A stretch of DNA of 64,000 nucleotides. Source: Marsupella aquatica. Lineage: Eukaryota; Plantae; Marchantiophyta. The DNA lies in the NCBI GenBank assembly GCA_973895155.1, contig OZ316892.1:10024283-10088282 (forward strand). Reading direction: 5' to 3'. Of the stretch, positions 13,101 to 26,320 are shown piece by piece (the stretch's first letter is position 1; the number at the start of each line of letters is the position of its first letter). The position numbers and the translations under genes were made by a program. The notes under the pieces were generated by a model. That model was not told the origin of the DNA, ran no database searches, and was given only the letters and a program-made list of their open reading frames with translations.

Positions 13101-14400
13101 AGCCACCTGTCATCTGAAGCCTAGTAATCCTCTAAAGGGGTACTGCCAATGTTCCATATCGCTGCTTTATCCCAACTGATCATTGACAATCAAATGTAAT
13201 GCTACGTCATGCTTTAAGATATGCACTAGCTCAACTTGCAAGTCGTACTCAAAACCATTTAAACCATTATTTACCTGTCCTACATGAAGTCAGATGTCCA
13301 ACACGTTCCTTGTTGAATATGAAACTATCACTGATATTGATGTAGAAATGGTATGCGGTTTATGGTTGTCTCATAAGGCACCATACCAGGCCTAACATGG
13401 TTAATTGCTGATTGGAAGATCTAATCTTTGCGTTTGTTGTTGAAGACTTTGACACTCAAAATGAGAGGTATTGCAGATACTACTCACAGTTTTCAGTATT
13501 CTATAAAGACATGTGGGTTGTCCTGGACCAAGAGAGATTAGACAAAGCTGTGAGCATCTCAAAAACCCTGACCAAACTAGGGGTTCTGCACATACTCTGT
13601 TATACTTAGCGGTTACCAACAAGATAAGTCTCAATCAAGATTGATTCAACAGCATTCCCATCTTCTCTGTAAGTCTGGAAACTTTGTTAGGTGTGGAGAC
13701 ATACAAAGGCATGGTTGAGTCATTCATGGTTCTAATTGAATGAAAGCCCCACCATCTTATAAATTCTCTACCCTAACCATGATGCTAGTCCATGAAAGTA
13801 TGTCCATATCACAAGCAGTGACAGTACTTGCTCTTAATGTCTGAAAGTTCTTACTAGAGATTGGAAATTCGTCAAGACACAAGGAGAACAAGACAACCTA
13901 AAGGTCCTTGTCAGTTTCTTGGTCAGTTTGAACCTTTGTTACATCAACTTTGCAGATAGTCACATATGATATAAAGTAGCTGTTTTGGAAGACTCATCTC
14001 CACGAGGAGCTTCTCCGAATGGGAATGTATAGTTTTGCTCTAGGCCATAGAGATTGATCTCCCGGTGGAGGCCCAGAAAGGGGAATGATGACTTGGATTG
14101 GTCACTAAAAACTGAGAACAATGGAGGCTTATATGTCCACAGTTGGGCAAGTATCTAGAATTACTACTATTTCATGCTGGAATACCTGGAACAAACATGA
14201 GGAGTCTGAGTCATGGATGAAGAGACATCCATCACCAAGTAGGCATCAATCAGGAAGGAGATCATGACTAAACATGCTCCTCTTGACAATCACGAACCAG
14301 GTGGAGGAAAATGACCCCACAAAGAATAATGAGATACCAAATCTTGTGTAGCACTTTCGCTCATCCTCCCATCTATTGCGCTTACAATGCCAACCATGGT
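10200..14400 (-). mobile_element. Highly degenerate L1-type LINE remnant
   Basis: Minus-strand traces of endonuclease motifs (G..xTW ~14300, IDAYLV ~14245, FSDQ for SDH ~14105) and a decayed zf-RVT-like SLCE segment at ~10570. No intact ORF; boundaries are approximate. Confidence 0.4.
11140..11775. mobile_element. Probable solo LTR (GC-rich)
   Basis: Termini TGTCGTGTA...TACGCGACA form an imperfect TG..CA inverted repeat, and the composition shifts abruptly. No matching TSD found. Confidence 0.4.
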
Positions 14401-16319
14401 AATAAGGCACAAGAGATCCATGGCAATAAGAGCACCTAGGGGAGCCTTTGTCAGATCAGCCTTGCACCGTGATGACCATAACGATGGGAGATGGCAACCT
14501 TTACCCCGAAGTTGCTGCATGACCAGAAAAGAGAAAGAGCACACAAACATAATTGAAGCACCATGCCTCCAGTCACGGATTTGCAATCCATCACCTATGA
14601 GAGAATAAAACCAATCTTGCCAGTTTGTTATCCCCCAAGGTCCTCCCCTGTAAATGCAAGCCATTGGATTCCCCATTGGAGTCAATTCATCTCCAAAATA
14701 AGCATTGATTTTATTGGGTTTCCAATGAGATCTTCGCCATTTTTTAAGGGGCTTCACAGCTTTCAAGACAAGTCTTCTTTATCTTCTCGTACATTGTGTT
14801 TGTGACAGAAGATTAAACCCAAATACCATGGATTTGGGGACGGCCCTCCAATCTATCACCTGAGAGAGAAGAACACCAATCGAACACCAATCGGGCCAAT
14901 TTGTTATCCTCAAAGGACCTTCCCTTCTACACGAGCCATTTGATTCCCGATTGAATTCAATACCTCCAAGATATGCACCTATTTGATTGAGTTTTTGATT
15001 ATGATATATTGCTTGGTTATTTCAGGGGCTTCACAGCTTCACAGAGTCTTCTTTTTTCTCTTTGATTGTGTTTGTGACGTTTAATCAATCCCTTGTTTCC
15101 TACCCCATACACTAATATTAACTGCTAATGTCTTGGCCTAACCTGCCCCCAAACACTATTTCAATTACAGCAATGGAAATATGCCCCCATTTTGTACATG
15201 GCATAAATTGACTCGACTTGAATTACCTGAGGTGCCATTTCATTGGTCTATGGCCACCTGGAAGGTCCTCATTCCCAAACCCTAGTCCTCATGCCTCCAC
15301 CCCACCCTGTGTTGGTCCAGACAATATTGGGCTTTAAAAATCTGTCATGCGTGTAATTCTGCCCACCTCTCCCCGACTTTTAGTCCAGAAATTGCACCTA
15401 AATGTTTGCACATAAATGCATTGGGATTGAACCAGAACCAGGCAGAGACTTCCCATAAGGTTCAGGATTGTACGAGAAGGAAAGTACCTCTGTTCAGGGT
15501 GAGTTAATCCCAATGCTAGCTGTGCGGTGGAAGGAAGGATTTGACAAGGCGGGCCTGATTGTTGGCCACAACAGCCAGGATAGCCATGAGATCAGGGTTT
15601 GCAGTAGAACTAATGGCGCTCTGCCAGGTGGCCATGGACCAATAAAGTGCCACCTCCAATCATCCTACTCAAGTTAAATTAACTTATAATTAAAAATTTT
15701 AGAAATTTTTTGCGGGGCGGGGGCCAAGGCAAATATTACCATTAGTTTGGGGGTTAGGCAAGTAACACACGGTTAATCAATTTCCCAGTGGTCATGGACT
15801 TTGGGATAGGTCGTTTCCTTTCAGAGCTATGTTGTTTTTGGGCCTGGAGCCACCAACGCCGTGCATAAATTGGACTACAGTAGCAGGCATGCACACAGTA
15901 CACGAACAAGAATCTCTTTGACAGGCTTTCAAAATTATTCTCTCAATGTCTGTCAAAATGCGGGGAAAATAGAATGCATGGCCTGTAACCATGAAGTCGT
16001 GGAGCTAATTACAATCGCTCACGCATAGAATGCCCATTGGCAAGCAATTCGAAAATCTGTTCATCGACTGCACCACTGCTGTGCTGCAAGTTTGGTGGAT
16101 CCCCAATCCCAAAGCTGCGAGGAGATGCCTCGCTTTTGCCCTGCAATTGCCTGAGTGCCTGCCGTTCCACCTACATGTATTCCTGACCGAGCCTGGACAA
16201 TAATGGCACCCGGGACCATATAAAAACATATATAAAGAGAATAAAATTGTCATGGCAACCTCCCAAAAACAATATAAAAATGAAAATTAAATTATGATGG
16301 CAACCTCTCCATCCTCAGT

Positions 16320-17040
16320 TGTGCCGTCACCAGAATGATAAAATAATCTTGTGCATATCCCAAACAGCAGCTTCCAAAGCTGAGTACTACCTACACCAGA
16401 AGACAGCACATAGACCCATTCAAGTAGTCCTCTGTTGTGATATCTACAGTAGATTGCAAATACGAGATGGATTTGGCAAGGGTAGAGGGCATTTTATTGT
16501 CCATCCAAGCTGGAGCTGGGAATCCTGATCGCACCGGAGCTTCCATGTTTGGAAATGCCCAATGTGAAATGATGCAATTGAATGATTACTCTGGAGCTTC
16601 CATGTCTGCAAATCTCCACCGTGAAATGATGCAATTGAATGATTACTCTGACATAATTCACAGAAAGCAACCATTTGCCAAAAATGGACCACCCAGATTC
16701 TATGCTCTTTTTGGAGGATCTATTGTAACAACCTTAGGAGTGCATGATAATAAGGGTGGCTTTACAAAGAAGTCTGCCTTGTGCTCCTTTTTCATTTACT
16801 TCTACTGTAGGCTGAATCTGGACCAAATGATGAATGGGATGGTTGCAGTTAGCTTTACAGCCGCTGGGGCCATTCAGATACACTGTCTACAGATCTTACA
16901 TGGCAATGGCAAGCAGTGGGTCCATGATGTGTACTGCTTCAAATGTTTCCAAACTTGGCTGCTTTATTGAAAGGATTAGCATTTATCATTTCAATATTCT
17001 TAGAACAAGAAGTGGCACTTCAGTTTTTTTTGGTGCTAAA
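16320..17040 (+). mobile_element. Possible decayed hAT transposase fragment
   Basis: MNGMVA...AIQIHC followed in a shifted frame by IERISIYHFNILRTR loosely resembles the hAT (M)xGxxxG...IHCxxH...IYxxF region. Also contains a ~55-bp internal duplication at 16537-16650. Confidence 0.3.
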
Positions 17041-20018
17041 ATTCAGAAGCGCCCCCTAGGTCTTGTAAACCCACCCTAATACCATTATTTGTTGGCCTGC
17101 AGCAGTCTTGTAACGAAGGCTTAATTAAAGAAGTACATACAAAGAACAGTTCATGTGTGTCTCACGCAAAGGAATCAAAGTTAGATCTCTGGGTTTGCCT
17201 AAATTGTCCCATGAATTTTGGTTACCTGGATCCATCACATTTAGCTGTTTTTTCAGAACTCAAGCTAGGCCGTTTACCTTGAACACGGATTTAGTCACAA
17301 GGTTACAGAGAATATATCTAAGAAACTTTGGGGGTCATGGTTTTTAGCTAAGGTCCATGGGAGCATCATATCTGAGCATCACATAAACTCTTAAGAAAAA
17401 CAAATCGTCCTGGGAAGACCACAGGACAACGTGAAGATCTCACTATACTGAGGTCTGAGTTTTGAAGTTTGGGTATTTTATTCCAAAGTGGGTGCAATGA
17501 ATCGAAGGGTAGATCCCACTGAAGCTTCACCGATTACAATTCACACGTTCAGCTCAGCTGTTGTTGGGCTTTCATTGTCGTTCTCCCCTCACGTCCTTTT
17601 CATGTCATCTTCATTTGGTCCTTGCTTTCAGTAAGTTGATTGGAATATTCTTCTAGTGACATGCCCATCCGGTCCTGTATTAAATACTCCTGCACGCAGA
17701 GAGGGTCAAATTGTACAATCTGAGTTAGTCAGACTTGGGCCCAGATTGAAGGTGGCTGTCGTGAATTCACTGCCCAAGGGACGCTTTGACCGTCGATATG
17801 AGACCCTTGCTCGAAGTACCCCAAACCCACCCCCAAGGGCAGTTGGTGGGGCCAATTTAAAAACGTGGTCACAAAAGAGTGACACTGCTGCTGTCTTCTT
17901 GAGCATCATTCATAACTCTGCCATTGTAGAGAGAGAGAGAGAGACTATGGGTGCACAAAAAGCACTTCTGTCACTTGTAATCGTACCAGGGAATTGATTA
18001 TCACAAAAAACAGTACTATGGATTATATCGTGATGTATATTATTTTCCGTTGTGTAAGTATTTCTATAGTAATCGTTAGTCCCTATGCTCCAGCTAAGAA
18101 GCCCACACTGAGTCAAATTAAGGGAAGGTGGTTGTTTAGGGTTTACAAACTAAAGTTGTTGACGAGTTTCTTTCTAATTGATAGATAGAAACATTTCATA
18201 GTTTCTTTTTATCAAAGGAAATTGATTGAGAGCAGGCCAGGGGGCAAAACACCACCCAGCACACGGAGCACAGACAAAACTCCCACCTCATTAGGGCCAA
18301 AAGGCCCAATGGATTCCCTACTGTATGCAACGAGAACAGGGACAGTATACCAGTTGTCCTTACATTCCAAAGGTTCTTGGTGCTGTGGGGGCGGGTACTA
18401 CACTGGCTACTTCTCTGCACACTAGTATAGTCCCTATTCCGCCTAGTTTGTTGCGGAGTTTGGATCATTTTCTTCTGTCAGTGCTTCTGCAAGGTGTCCT
18501 TGTTGATAGGTAGAACCATGCATAGTCCATCCAAACCTTGAACTCCAATGCGATCCCAAAATGTTCTTTGGAATCCATACCTTGAACTCCAATGTGATCC
18601 CAAAATGTTCTTTGGAATGCAGGTCACGTTCTTTGGAATGCAGGTCAAAGTGCAAAAAGGGGGCCCAACCGGGAGACATGATCCAACAGGTGAAAGGCCC
18701 ATTCAATGAAGGTAGGCACCAAAAGAGCCAAGAAGGCCACAGGAACCAGGCAAAAATCCGAAAACCAAAAGTAGGGAACAAAACATTGAAAGTAGGGTCA
18801 AAGCAACGGAAACTGACTAGAGGCCGTAACATACAGTACCTTGCCTCTCCGTAGAATAGTCAATGTCTAAGTCCGCCTAAGAGAGAAAGACACACACTGT
18901 CTAAAAAAGGCAAATATGATCCCAAAATGCTCTTTGCATGCAGGTCACGTTCTTTCACTCTATATCCATGTTATCGCAGTTCATTGCATGTTTTATAGCT
19001 CCGCTGCAAACCTAAGAGTTCCATCCAAGCAAACATATAAGGTCGTTTTAGTACATTTTACTCAAGCCTCGTCGTCGCAGAATTATAGCCAGGGTAGACA
19101 GTATGACGACATCGTATCGTACTCGTAATAATACACTTCTCGTCAATGACGGCAGCAGCAAGGAAGGTACCCTCTTCGGTTTGAAGACTGAATCCTGGTC
19201 CGGTGTCCCGGCGAGTAGGCACAACTCGTGTAACCGACCGGAACTCCGGTCAGTCAGGGGTCCCGACGTACTTTTCATACCATATCCCCGACAACCACAT
19301 TACATCGTACTACGTGTCTATACGTATGCCTCTGCGGCTAAAGTACCAGTACGAGCTACACATAGGTATTTATCTGTGTATTGTAACCGTACGAGTTGAT
19401 TGCTACTGTTATTGTACCTGTACTGTTGCTCTCTTTACTATGACAAGGAGTTCGATCCCCGACGTGACTGCTCGCTTTGACCGGTCATCTTGACCGTTGT
19501 CTGCGGTCGTTGACGGCAGAGCCTACCACTAACCTCTTCCATTAGTTTTTGGGGCCGTTCCACGACTGGAAAAGAAGGTCCTGCGAGAAAAAAAGGACCA
19601 TCATTCGTCCATTCCCGTAATGCCTACTTTCCTTGTTCACCGAATAATGTCGTTGGGCATCGTTATGATATCCAAAAGTTCGAGTTTACCGAGTCATCTT
19701 GTGTCAGGTGACCTTTTGCCTTTGTTTTTACCTTCGAAGATGTCTTGTCATTAAATATGTGCGAAAGGGTGCGAAGTGCACAATGTTCACGACACTTGGG
19801 TGGAGGGTGTCACACTGAAATAATGTAGTTCAACCCCTACTGCACTTTTGAAAAAATTTAAAATGTTTGAACTCATTAGTCGAGATAAATGTCGTCTGTG
19901 TAAGCATACAAAAAAATTATTTTTATGTGGGAAACAAATTGTACAAACTTCTGTGCAAAAATACTTTCTCTGTGGAAAGTAAGCCATTGAAATAACTCTA
20001 ATGGGATTTGATGCTTTA

Positions 20019-20267
20019 GAGCATTCCCACCAGTTGCTATAAATGCCTGGCCAGGGGCGAGTTTAGCACTACCGGCTCAGGAAACCAGTTTTTGATCCCC
20101 ACCAAGCCTGGTAAAACTAAGCAGTGGAGCCCGACCTGCCAGAACTTACATCCCACATGCCAGAACCAGGTGCAGTCCACCTCTGACTAGCTGCACGCTG
20201 ATTAGCAACTCAACCAGAGACTCATGGGCTTACTGAGTTTTGAGTGGCTTCACCAGTGAGAATGCTC
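20019..20267. mobile_element. Tourist-like (PIF/Harbinger) MITE
   Basis: TIRs GAGCATTCCCAC / GTGAGAATGCTC; TTA TSD on both sides (20016-20018, 20268-20270). Confidence 0.85.
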
Positions 20268-20842
20268 TTATCAAGGATAAAATCTTCCCTTGCTACCCAA
20301 GTAATTACCGATAATTAGGTCAAAACTGATTAATTTAAAATACCCTTGCACTGTTCCCACCGTCTCTCTGAATGGACCCAAGTAAGTGCTCATGGCTTAC
20401 TATTGATCTATTTTCCTTGCAAAACTCAATCTCACTGCCAGGCTTTATGAATTTCTTACAATCCAAGGTTTTATAGTCTCTTTGTTCACATTTTCCTTTT
20501 CTTTTTTCTTTTCATGGAACAATTTACTAACAATTTTTTGTTAACCTTCATTGTGGTTCTTGGTCTCCTCCCCCACCCACTCATTTCTACCTATGCTACA
20601 GTGTTTTCATTAGTCAACACCACACCGAATTTTGCTGCACTCAGAATGCGTTTCCTCACCAATTTGACCCGCCAAGGTAGACTTGTTGCTACAGGAACTT
20701 ACTTGGAATGGCTTGGTATGATTCTGCACGCCTACCCAATATCCTCTCAATATTGGAAAGCAAGATCCACAGGGTAACCGCCAATTTGTAGATAGTAGTG
20801 CCTTGTGAACATGGCATTGTACACTATCATGCCTCCCTAAAT

Positions 20843-21172
20843 TGTTAAGGATTGCTCTTAGTCTTGTGACTCATAGGTTACGGCACTTAGGCTAACCACA
20901 GTTAGGATCTTAGCTGAGGTTAGATTAGTCGTGTGACCTTGTATATACCAGGGCTAGTGTAAGCCGCTGGGGTGTGGTGCTTACTGATTGTAACAGAGCA
21001 ACTTGAGGAAGAGAGAGAGCATGTGTGTTCGTCTACTCTTGAAGTAAAGCTTGAGTGTTCGTGTGGACGTAGCCTTGGAGAAGAGGTGAACCACGTAGAG
21101 ATTGTGTCGACTACGTGTGCATGGAATGAGTCATGGTTGTATGGTCGTTGCGAATGACGTCTTAGTTCAACA
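20843..21172 (+). mobile_element. Solo LTR (330 bp)
   Basis: TGTTAAG...TTCAACA termini; TSD TAAAT/CAAAT (1 mismatch); homologous to the LTRs at 41363 and 43701 (GGTGAACCACGTA core). Confidence 0.8.
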
Positions 21173-21334
21173 CAAATGAGGGTTTTGGCTTTAGTTTTTG
21201 AGGGGCTGTTATTGCCCACAATAGATTGATTGGTAACAGGAAATAGGAAACTTCAAAGTCTGAGAGGTTTTTTATTACTATTTTTAATAAAAGCAGAGGA
21301 GAAGTTTCATAATTCACTCAACCAAATCTGGAGT

Positions 21335-21690
21335 GTACATTCTACTTCCCATGAAAGCACCCAAAATTACAACGAACAAAGTCACGAAGGCATTAAGAAT
21401 GTTTTTGAGCTGGTACCTTGGACTGTACATTCTTCTTCCCATGAAAGCACCCAAAATTACAACAAAAAAAGTCACGAAGGCATTAAGAATGTTTTTTGAG
21501 CTGGTACCTCGCAGTACATTCTTCGTCCCATGAAAGCACCCAAAATTTACAACAAAAAAAGTCACGAAGGCATTGAGAATGTTTTTTGAGCTGGTACCTA
21601 GCAGTACATTCTTCTTCCCATGAAAGCACCCAAAATTACAAAAAAATAAAATCACGAAGGCATTAAGAATGTTTTTTGAGCTGGTACCTC
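21335..21690. repeat. ~90-bp tandem repeat x4
   Basis: GTACATTCT..TCCCATGAAAGCACCCAAAATT...AAGAATGTTTTTGAGCTGGTACCT units start at 21335, 21425, 21514 and 21604. Confidence 0.95.
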
Positions 21691-22124
21691 AAAATTGCAG
21701 CTTGCTTTTAGTATACAATAAAGTCCTGTTTGGAAAGTCCTGTTTGGAGTGCATTATGGAACATAATGGTCCAACAACAGTACCTTAGTACACTTAAAAG
21801 TATACATTTTTAAATTTTCTTTAACTTTAATAAAAGTAGAGTAGAATATTCACAAAGATGATTCAAATTTTCTGGATGGGGCATAACTCTCTAGAATACT
21901 TTGGAAAATACAAAGAGAAAAATCACGACGATCATTAAGTTGTTTTATAAACATTCATCTCTTTTCTACATTGTGGTGAGTTCTCGAAGACCTCAAAGTT
22001 TACCCTTCACTTGTTCGGATTTGGCCCCCAAATCCCCCAAATCCCCAATCTCGGCAGCTCAAAACGCTTCCGACGACATGGTAGGCCATCTGTCGAACTG
22101 CTTGTGTTGTGGCAGAACAATCTA

Positions 22125-23120
22125 CAAGCTCATCTGGTAAAGTAAGTGCACGTATATGCTAGTCGTGCATGTATTACCCAAGTTCTGTCCAGCACCATCT
22201 TTGTACAGTCTCCTCAAAACGAAGGTTCTTGTTCCTGTCAAGGGATGCAGCTCTTAATTTCTCCATTAGATGTGTGGATGGTGCTCCCAGTTTGTGCTTT
22301 GTACTCGGCTTTATGAGCAGTACAGTAGGTGAGAATAGACTGGCGGGATATTTGGATCCTTGCAGGAATTTCAGGAGCACATCTGCCTACACCAAGATCC
22401 CAAACGTCAGTGCACTAGTGCAGGTTCGTTTTCAATGAGAGCGTTTCCAGACTTTCGGCGTTTCTAGAGGCGACTCGTATAACTACGGCCCGGTTCCATT
22501 CAATCTTATGGTATGAGTCGGATGGTCCGGCTAGTCTCACTCGACGGTAGCCATGCTCTACTTTCCTGGAGAGATTTCTTGGTTTCCGGCCAGTACTGTT
22601 GTAGTAGTCTGGCACATCGCGCCAAAGGCAAAATAATGCTGTCTGTACTCTGCAAAAATCTCCGCGCTCTCGCAGTTTCCGTGTGGATCATTTGTCCTGA
22701 CGTCCTGTCCTTCGAGCACCACGGTCCCACCAGCCTCGTGAGAAGGCGACTTTGGTTACTTATTACCGTATGGTTACGCTCTCTCTAGGGTGGTCCTTCC
22801 AGCACTTCCAGCAGGGAGAACCTACTCGTTTGATTTGAACCTGGCACGTATAATGCATGTTGCGCAATGTCAAATTTTTAATGATTTCCTTCGTAGCTCC
22901 CCGTGTACGTGCTCAGACTGGTCCAAGCTAGCCTTCGGTCCAGACTCCTGACGGGCTTGGCAAGATCACGATGGCTTTGATCCTGCAGCTTTCAAAGAGA
23001 GCTCAAATTATGTCATTGCCTGTAGCCGGTGGCCAGTGGACCTCATCTTGAAAGGATAAGTCTAAGGGTCGCGTCTTCGTTCTGGCACTGGATCGACCTG
23101 GATTGAGTTTTCCTGACTAG
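22125..23120 (+). pseudogene. Possible decayed F-box gene interrupted by an LTR-like insertion
   Basis: Frameshifted F-box-like words (LIW..VHVLPK, LCTVSSKRRFLFLS) followed by YLDP..IP and VVLPALP; many stops. Confidence 0.3.
22436..22784. mobile_element. Probable solo LTR
   Basis: Inverted termini TGAGAGCGT...ACGCTCTCT; shares TGTAGTAGTCTG with the 11140-11775 element. No TSD seen. Confidence 0.4.
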
Positions 23121-25779
23121 CTCTCGATTAACGTTCTATTTGGGGACTGGAATGTTTATTAATTTCGACGATGGAAAATTCGAAAATGGTGATGGGTACT
23201 TAGCAGTGCTGGTTGGTACCAGATTGAATTGGCTGAGTTAGTTGAACGTTAGTACTAAGTATACTTGAATGATCGTTGTCTATATCTTTCACGCTTGCGG
23301 AAATGTCATCATTATCACCAGTGCACCGTCAATGATTTGGGGAAACGAAGAGATTGTTCTGACTGAACATGAACAGCTTAGCCTGCATCACGCATTAGAG
23401 ACTGTTCTCCAGCATTGTCGTGAGTGTTGTTGATTAAAGCCCACGTCAGTTGCTCACATGGACAGGGACTGAAGAGATACAGCAAGCATTTTAAGCTTCC
23501 TTAGAAACGCCCGCCGACCGTTCTCACTAGTTTCAGTTGACCTAAACTACCACGCCGGTGGCTGAGTCTAACATGGGATAGAGTACAACATTCTCAGCAT
23601 TCTAGAATCCCATGCTTTTGAATCCCATGGTCGTAGCTCAGAAACGCTGCATGAGAATATGTATAGTGTGTGAGTCGCCGCTAACTTTGAAATTTCTAAG
23701 CCGAAAGGCTCCTCCAACATTAGCAGCCAATACTGACTAGAAATACAACAGCTTAAAAATTGATTGGGTATATTAATATGCTGGGAACCATCAATCCTTG
23801 AATTAGGACATGGGGGCTCTTACACAAAATCGTCTTGAACTTAATATACTCCATACAAACTGCTTTGATTACATCAGACTCAAAGGGGATTTTCTTGTTC
23901 AAAATTCCTAGATATATCGGGACCGTAGACAAGTCCTTCCAACTTGATTTCCAGAATTGAAGGCAACAAAAGCAACAATGCTAATCTCGCTTTACCACTT
24001 TCTTCATGATTCATGTTGATGTACAGTATTGCGCAACGAGTCCAGAGTGTATATATGAACTGAACAAGTGTATTTCGGGAAAAGTGAAGTTCGTCTTCAT
24101 CCAACGAGTTCTGCCGTTCCGAACAAGATAATATGGCATTCAAGATCTATCCAATGATTCGAATTTGTGGAATGGCCACAACTCTGTTGCCTAGTTCACT
24201 TAAAATTTCTTTGCAATTCGTGAATCACTCGAAGTGTATTTCAGGACAATGAAAATCTTGTCATCAATTAACCAGTTCAGCTATTTTCAACAAGGAAATG
24301 AGATCATATTTGAATTTGCGGAACCACAATCACCATAACTCTGTTTCTGAGTTAGTTGACATAAACATTTCATGTCAGTTCACGAAACCAATTGTATCAC
24401 GTAATTATCTTCAGCTACAGCACCAAACATAATAGAGTTGTTGATTGAAACGACTGCTTTTCAAGTCACCAGAGACAAATCTAGAGTTTTGCCAACCATC
24501 AAGAAAGCTAGAACGTTCAGATCGGTGCGGGGATAGGTGTTGGGTGATCTCTCCAAGACTGCCTGTCATGTACAATGCGGGTGTTTGCTAACTCCCCGGC
24601 TAACTCAATAATGGTGACATACCATGATTGAAGCTAAACTCTTAGGGCCTGCTCCTTTAGGAACCGAACCCTAGAGACAGAGGACATTGACTATCACCGC
24701 GGATCGACTGCTTTGGTCTCTGGAACAGTTAGACCACAAAGATTTCTTATTTTGAGGTCATAATTCGATAGAATTATAGAATGATAAAAGCTCTCTGCCT
24801 TTTAATCCAGCCTCCAAGGTGGACTCAGTACTCATGATTGTGTTGAGTACGAAGTATTTGGTCTAAAGTTTACATCATTAATTACAACAATGCTGGCATG
24901 TATCTATAGTCCTTCGTTATGTGGAAGTCATACGGCCCCTGAAATTCGAAAGTCGAATGCACCTTTGGGTGTGTAGAGTATACGACTCGGCCTGGATGTT
25001 TGTCGGAAGAGGCGGCAAACCTTGCATTGCAAATCAATTGGTAAGTAAGTCGTCGCCTTGGAAGACATCAACCGCCCAACAGTCCTAGCACACTTCCACT
25101 ACAGAACTTGTGATCCACACGTAGTGTAACAGGGAAATCCTATTAAGGCTATTCCTTGGCAATAATGATTAGCGAGTATCATAATGCTTTCGCAAGATGG
25201 ACCAGAGGAAGCCCACACTTGGTTACCGCGCAGAAGCAGCTCGAGCAGCCAGCACTAACTCCAGTATGTCGCAGAAGCTGTACAGTCCGAGAAGTCACAG
25301 GATAAAAACGAACTGACAAGAAGTTTCATCTCTTCGCAGGAAAGCTTTCTTAGCTCGAGGGATCGACATAATTCCACGGCAGAGCGTCGATGAGCTACAC
25401 CATATACCTCGTCTGCGGTAAGTACTGCATCTTCGCTTCCCAAATTAGTTTGCCTCACTGACCCACAATGCTAGTTCCGTGGTGACGCTCCCCAATCCAA
25501 AGTGGGAGGAAGTCTCGAGGCGGCAGATTCAACTGTAGTTCGGCCTGTGAAGTCTTTATCGCAGTTCAGGGTAAATTAATGGTGGTACCTTTTCTAGTTG
25601 CCGGACTGAGCTAGAATGATAGAACGAACGAACCCGATTCACAGACCTAAGATTGGTTGCGGGATCACGTCACAACAAAAGCTCTACACCTCTAAACGAT
25701 GGGTCGCCACATCAAAATATGATAGACGAGTTCAATACCAACCCACAAAAGAGTCTGTGAAGTCCAAGATGTCCTACAG

Positions 25780-26320
25780 AGAAAGGATGTCATGACGCTC
25801 AAGATGTAGTTCACAGAAAAGATGTCATGTCACCCAAGATGTGATTAAGAGAAAAGATGTCATTGAGACAAAAGACGTCACCCAATATGTCGTTAAGAGA
25901 AAAGATGTCATGTCGTGATGTCATTGAGACAAAAGACGTCACTACGTAGCCCAAGATGTCATTAACAGATGTTATTAAGTACAAAATTGTTGTTAAGTAC
26001 AAAAAGGTCCATAAGTAAGTGATGTCTGTTAGCATATATGTTATGAAATCTCTTTTGCACAAAAGATGTTGTTGCCGTAAATACTTCATTGCATTTACAA
26101 TATTGTTAAATAAAAGATAGTAAAATATGCGATTGCTCAAAGATGTCGTTGTGCAAAAGATGTAGTTTACTAAAAGATATTGTTCGGCGAAAGACGTCAA
26201 TGCGTAATAGATGACGTTGTGCTAAGGATGTAGTTGAAAAATGTCATGGTGCGCAATATATCTTTGTTAGAAAGATCTCATTGCGTAAAAACATTGTTGA
26301 GTGAAAGATGTCATGACACA
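25780..26320. repeat. Degenerate AAAGATGTC minisatellite (~18-20-bp units)
   Basis: Repeated AAAAGA(T/C)GT(C/T) words; similar to the arrays at 47500-48130 and 63317-64000. Confidence 0.8.

Noticed and set aside
19070-19567. LTR-like segment containing a B-box-like GAGTTCGATCCCC
   Set aside because: The termini are not TG..CA, there is no TSD, and no A box at a suitable distance.
21335-21690. CRISPR-like array (also considered for 8503-8962 and 51470-52070)
   Set aside because: Units are repeated in full with no unique spacers; no cas genes; eukaryotic context.
23500-24480. Minus-strand LRR-like remnant (EILSELGN..)
   Set aside because: Too degenerate to support without a search.
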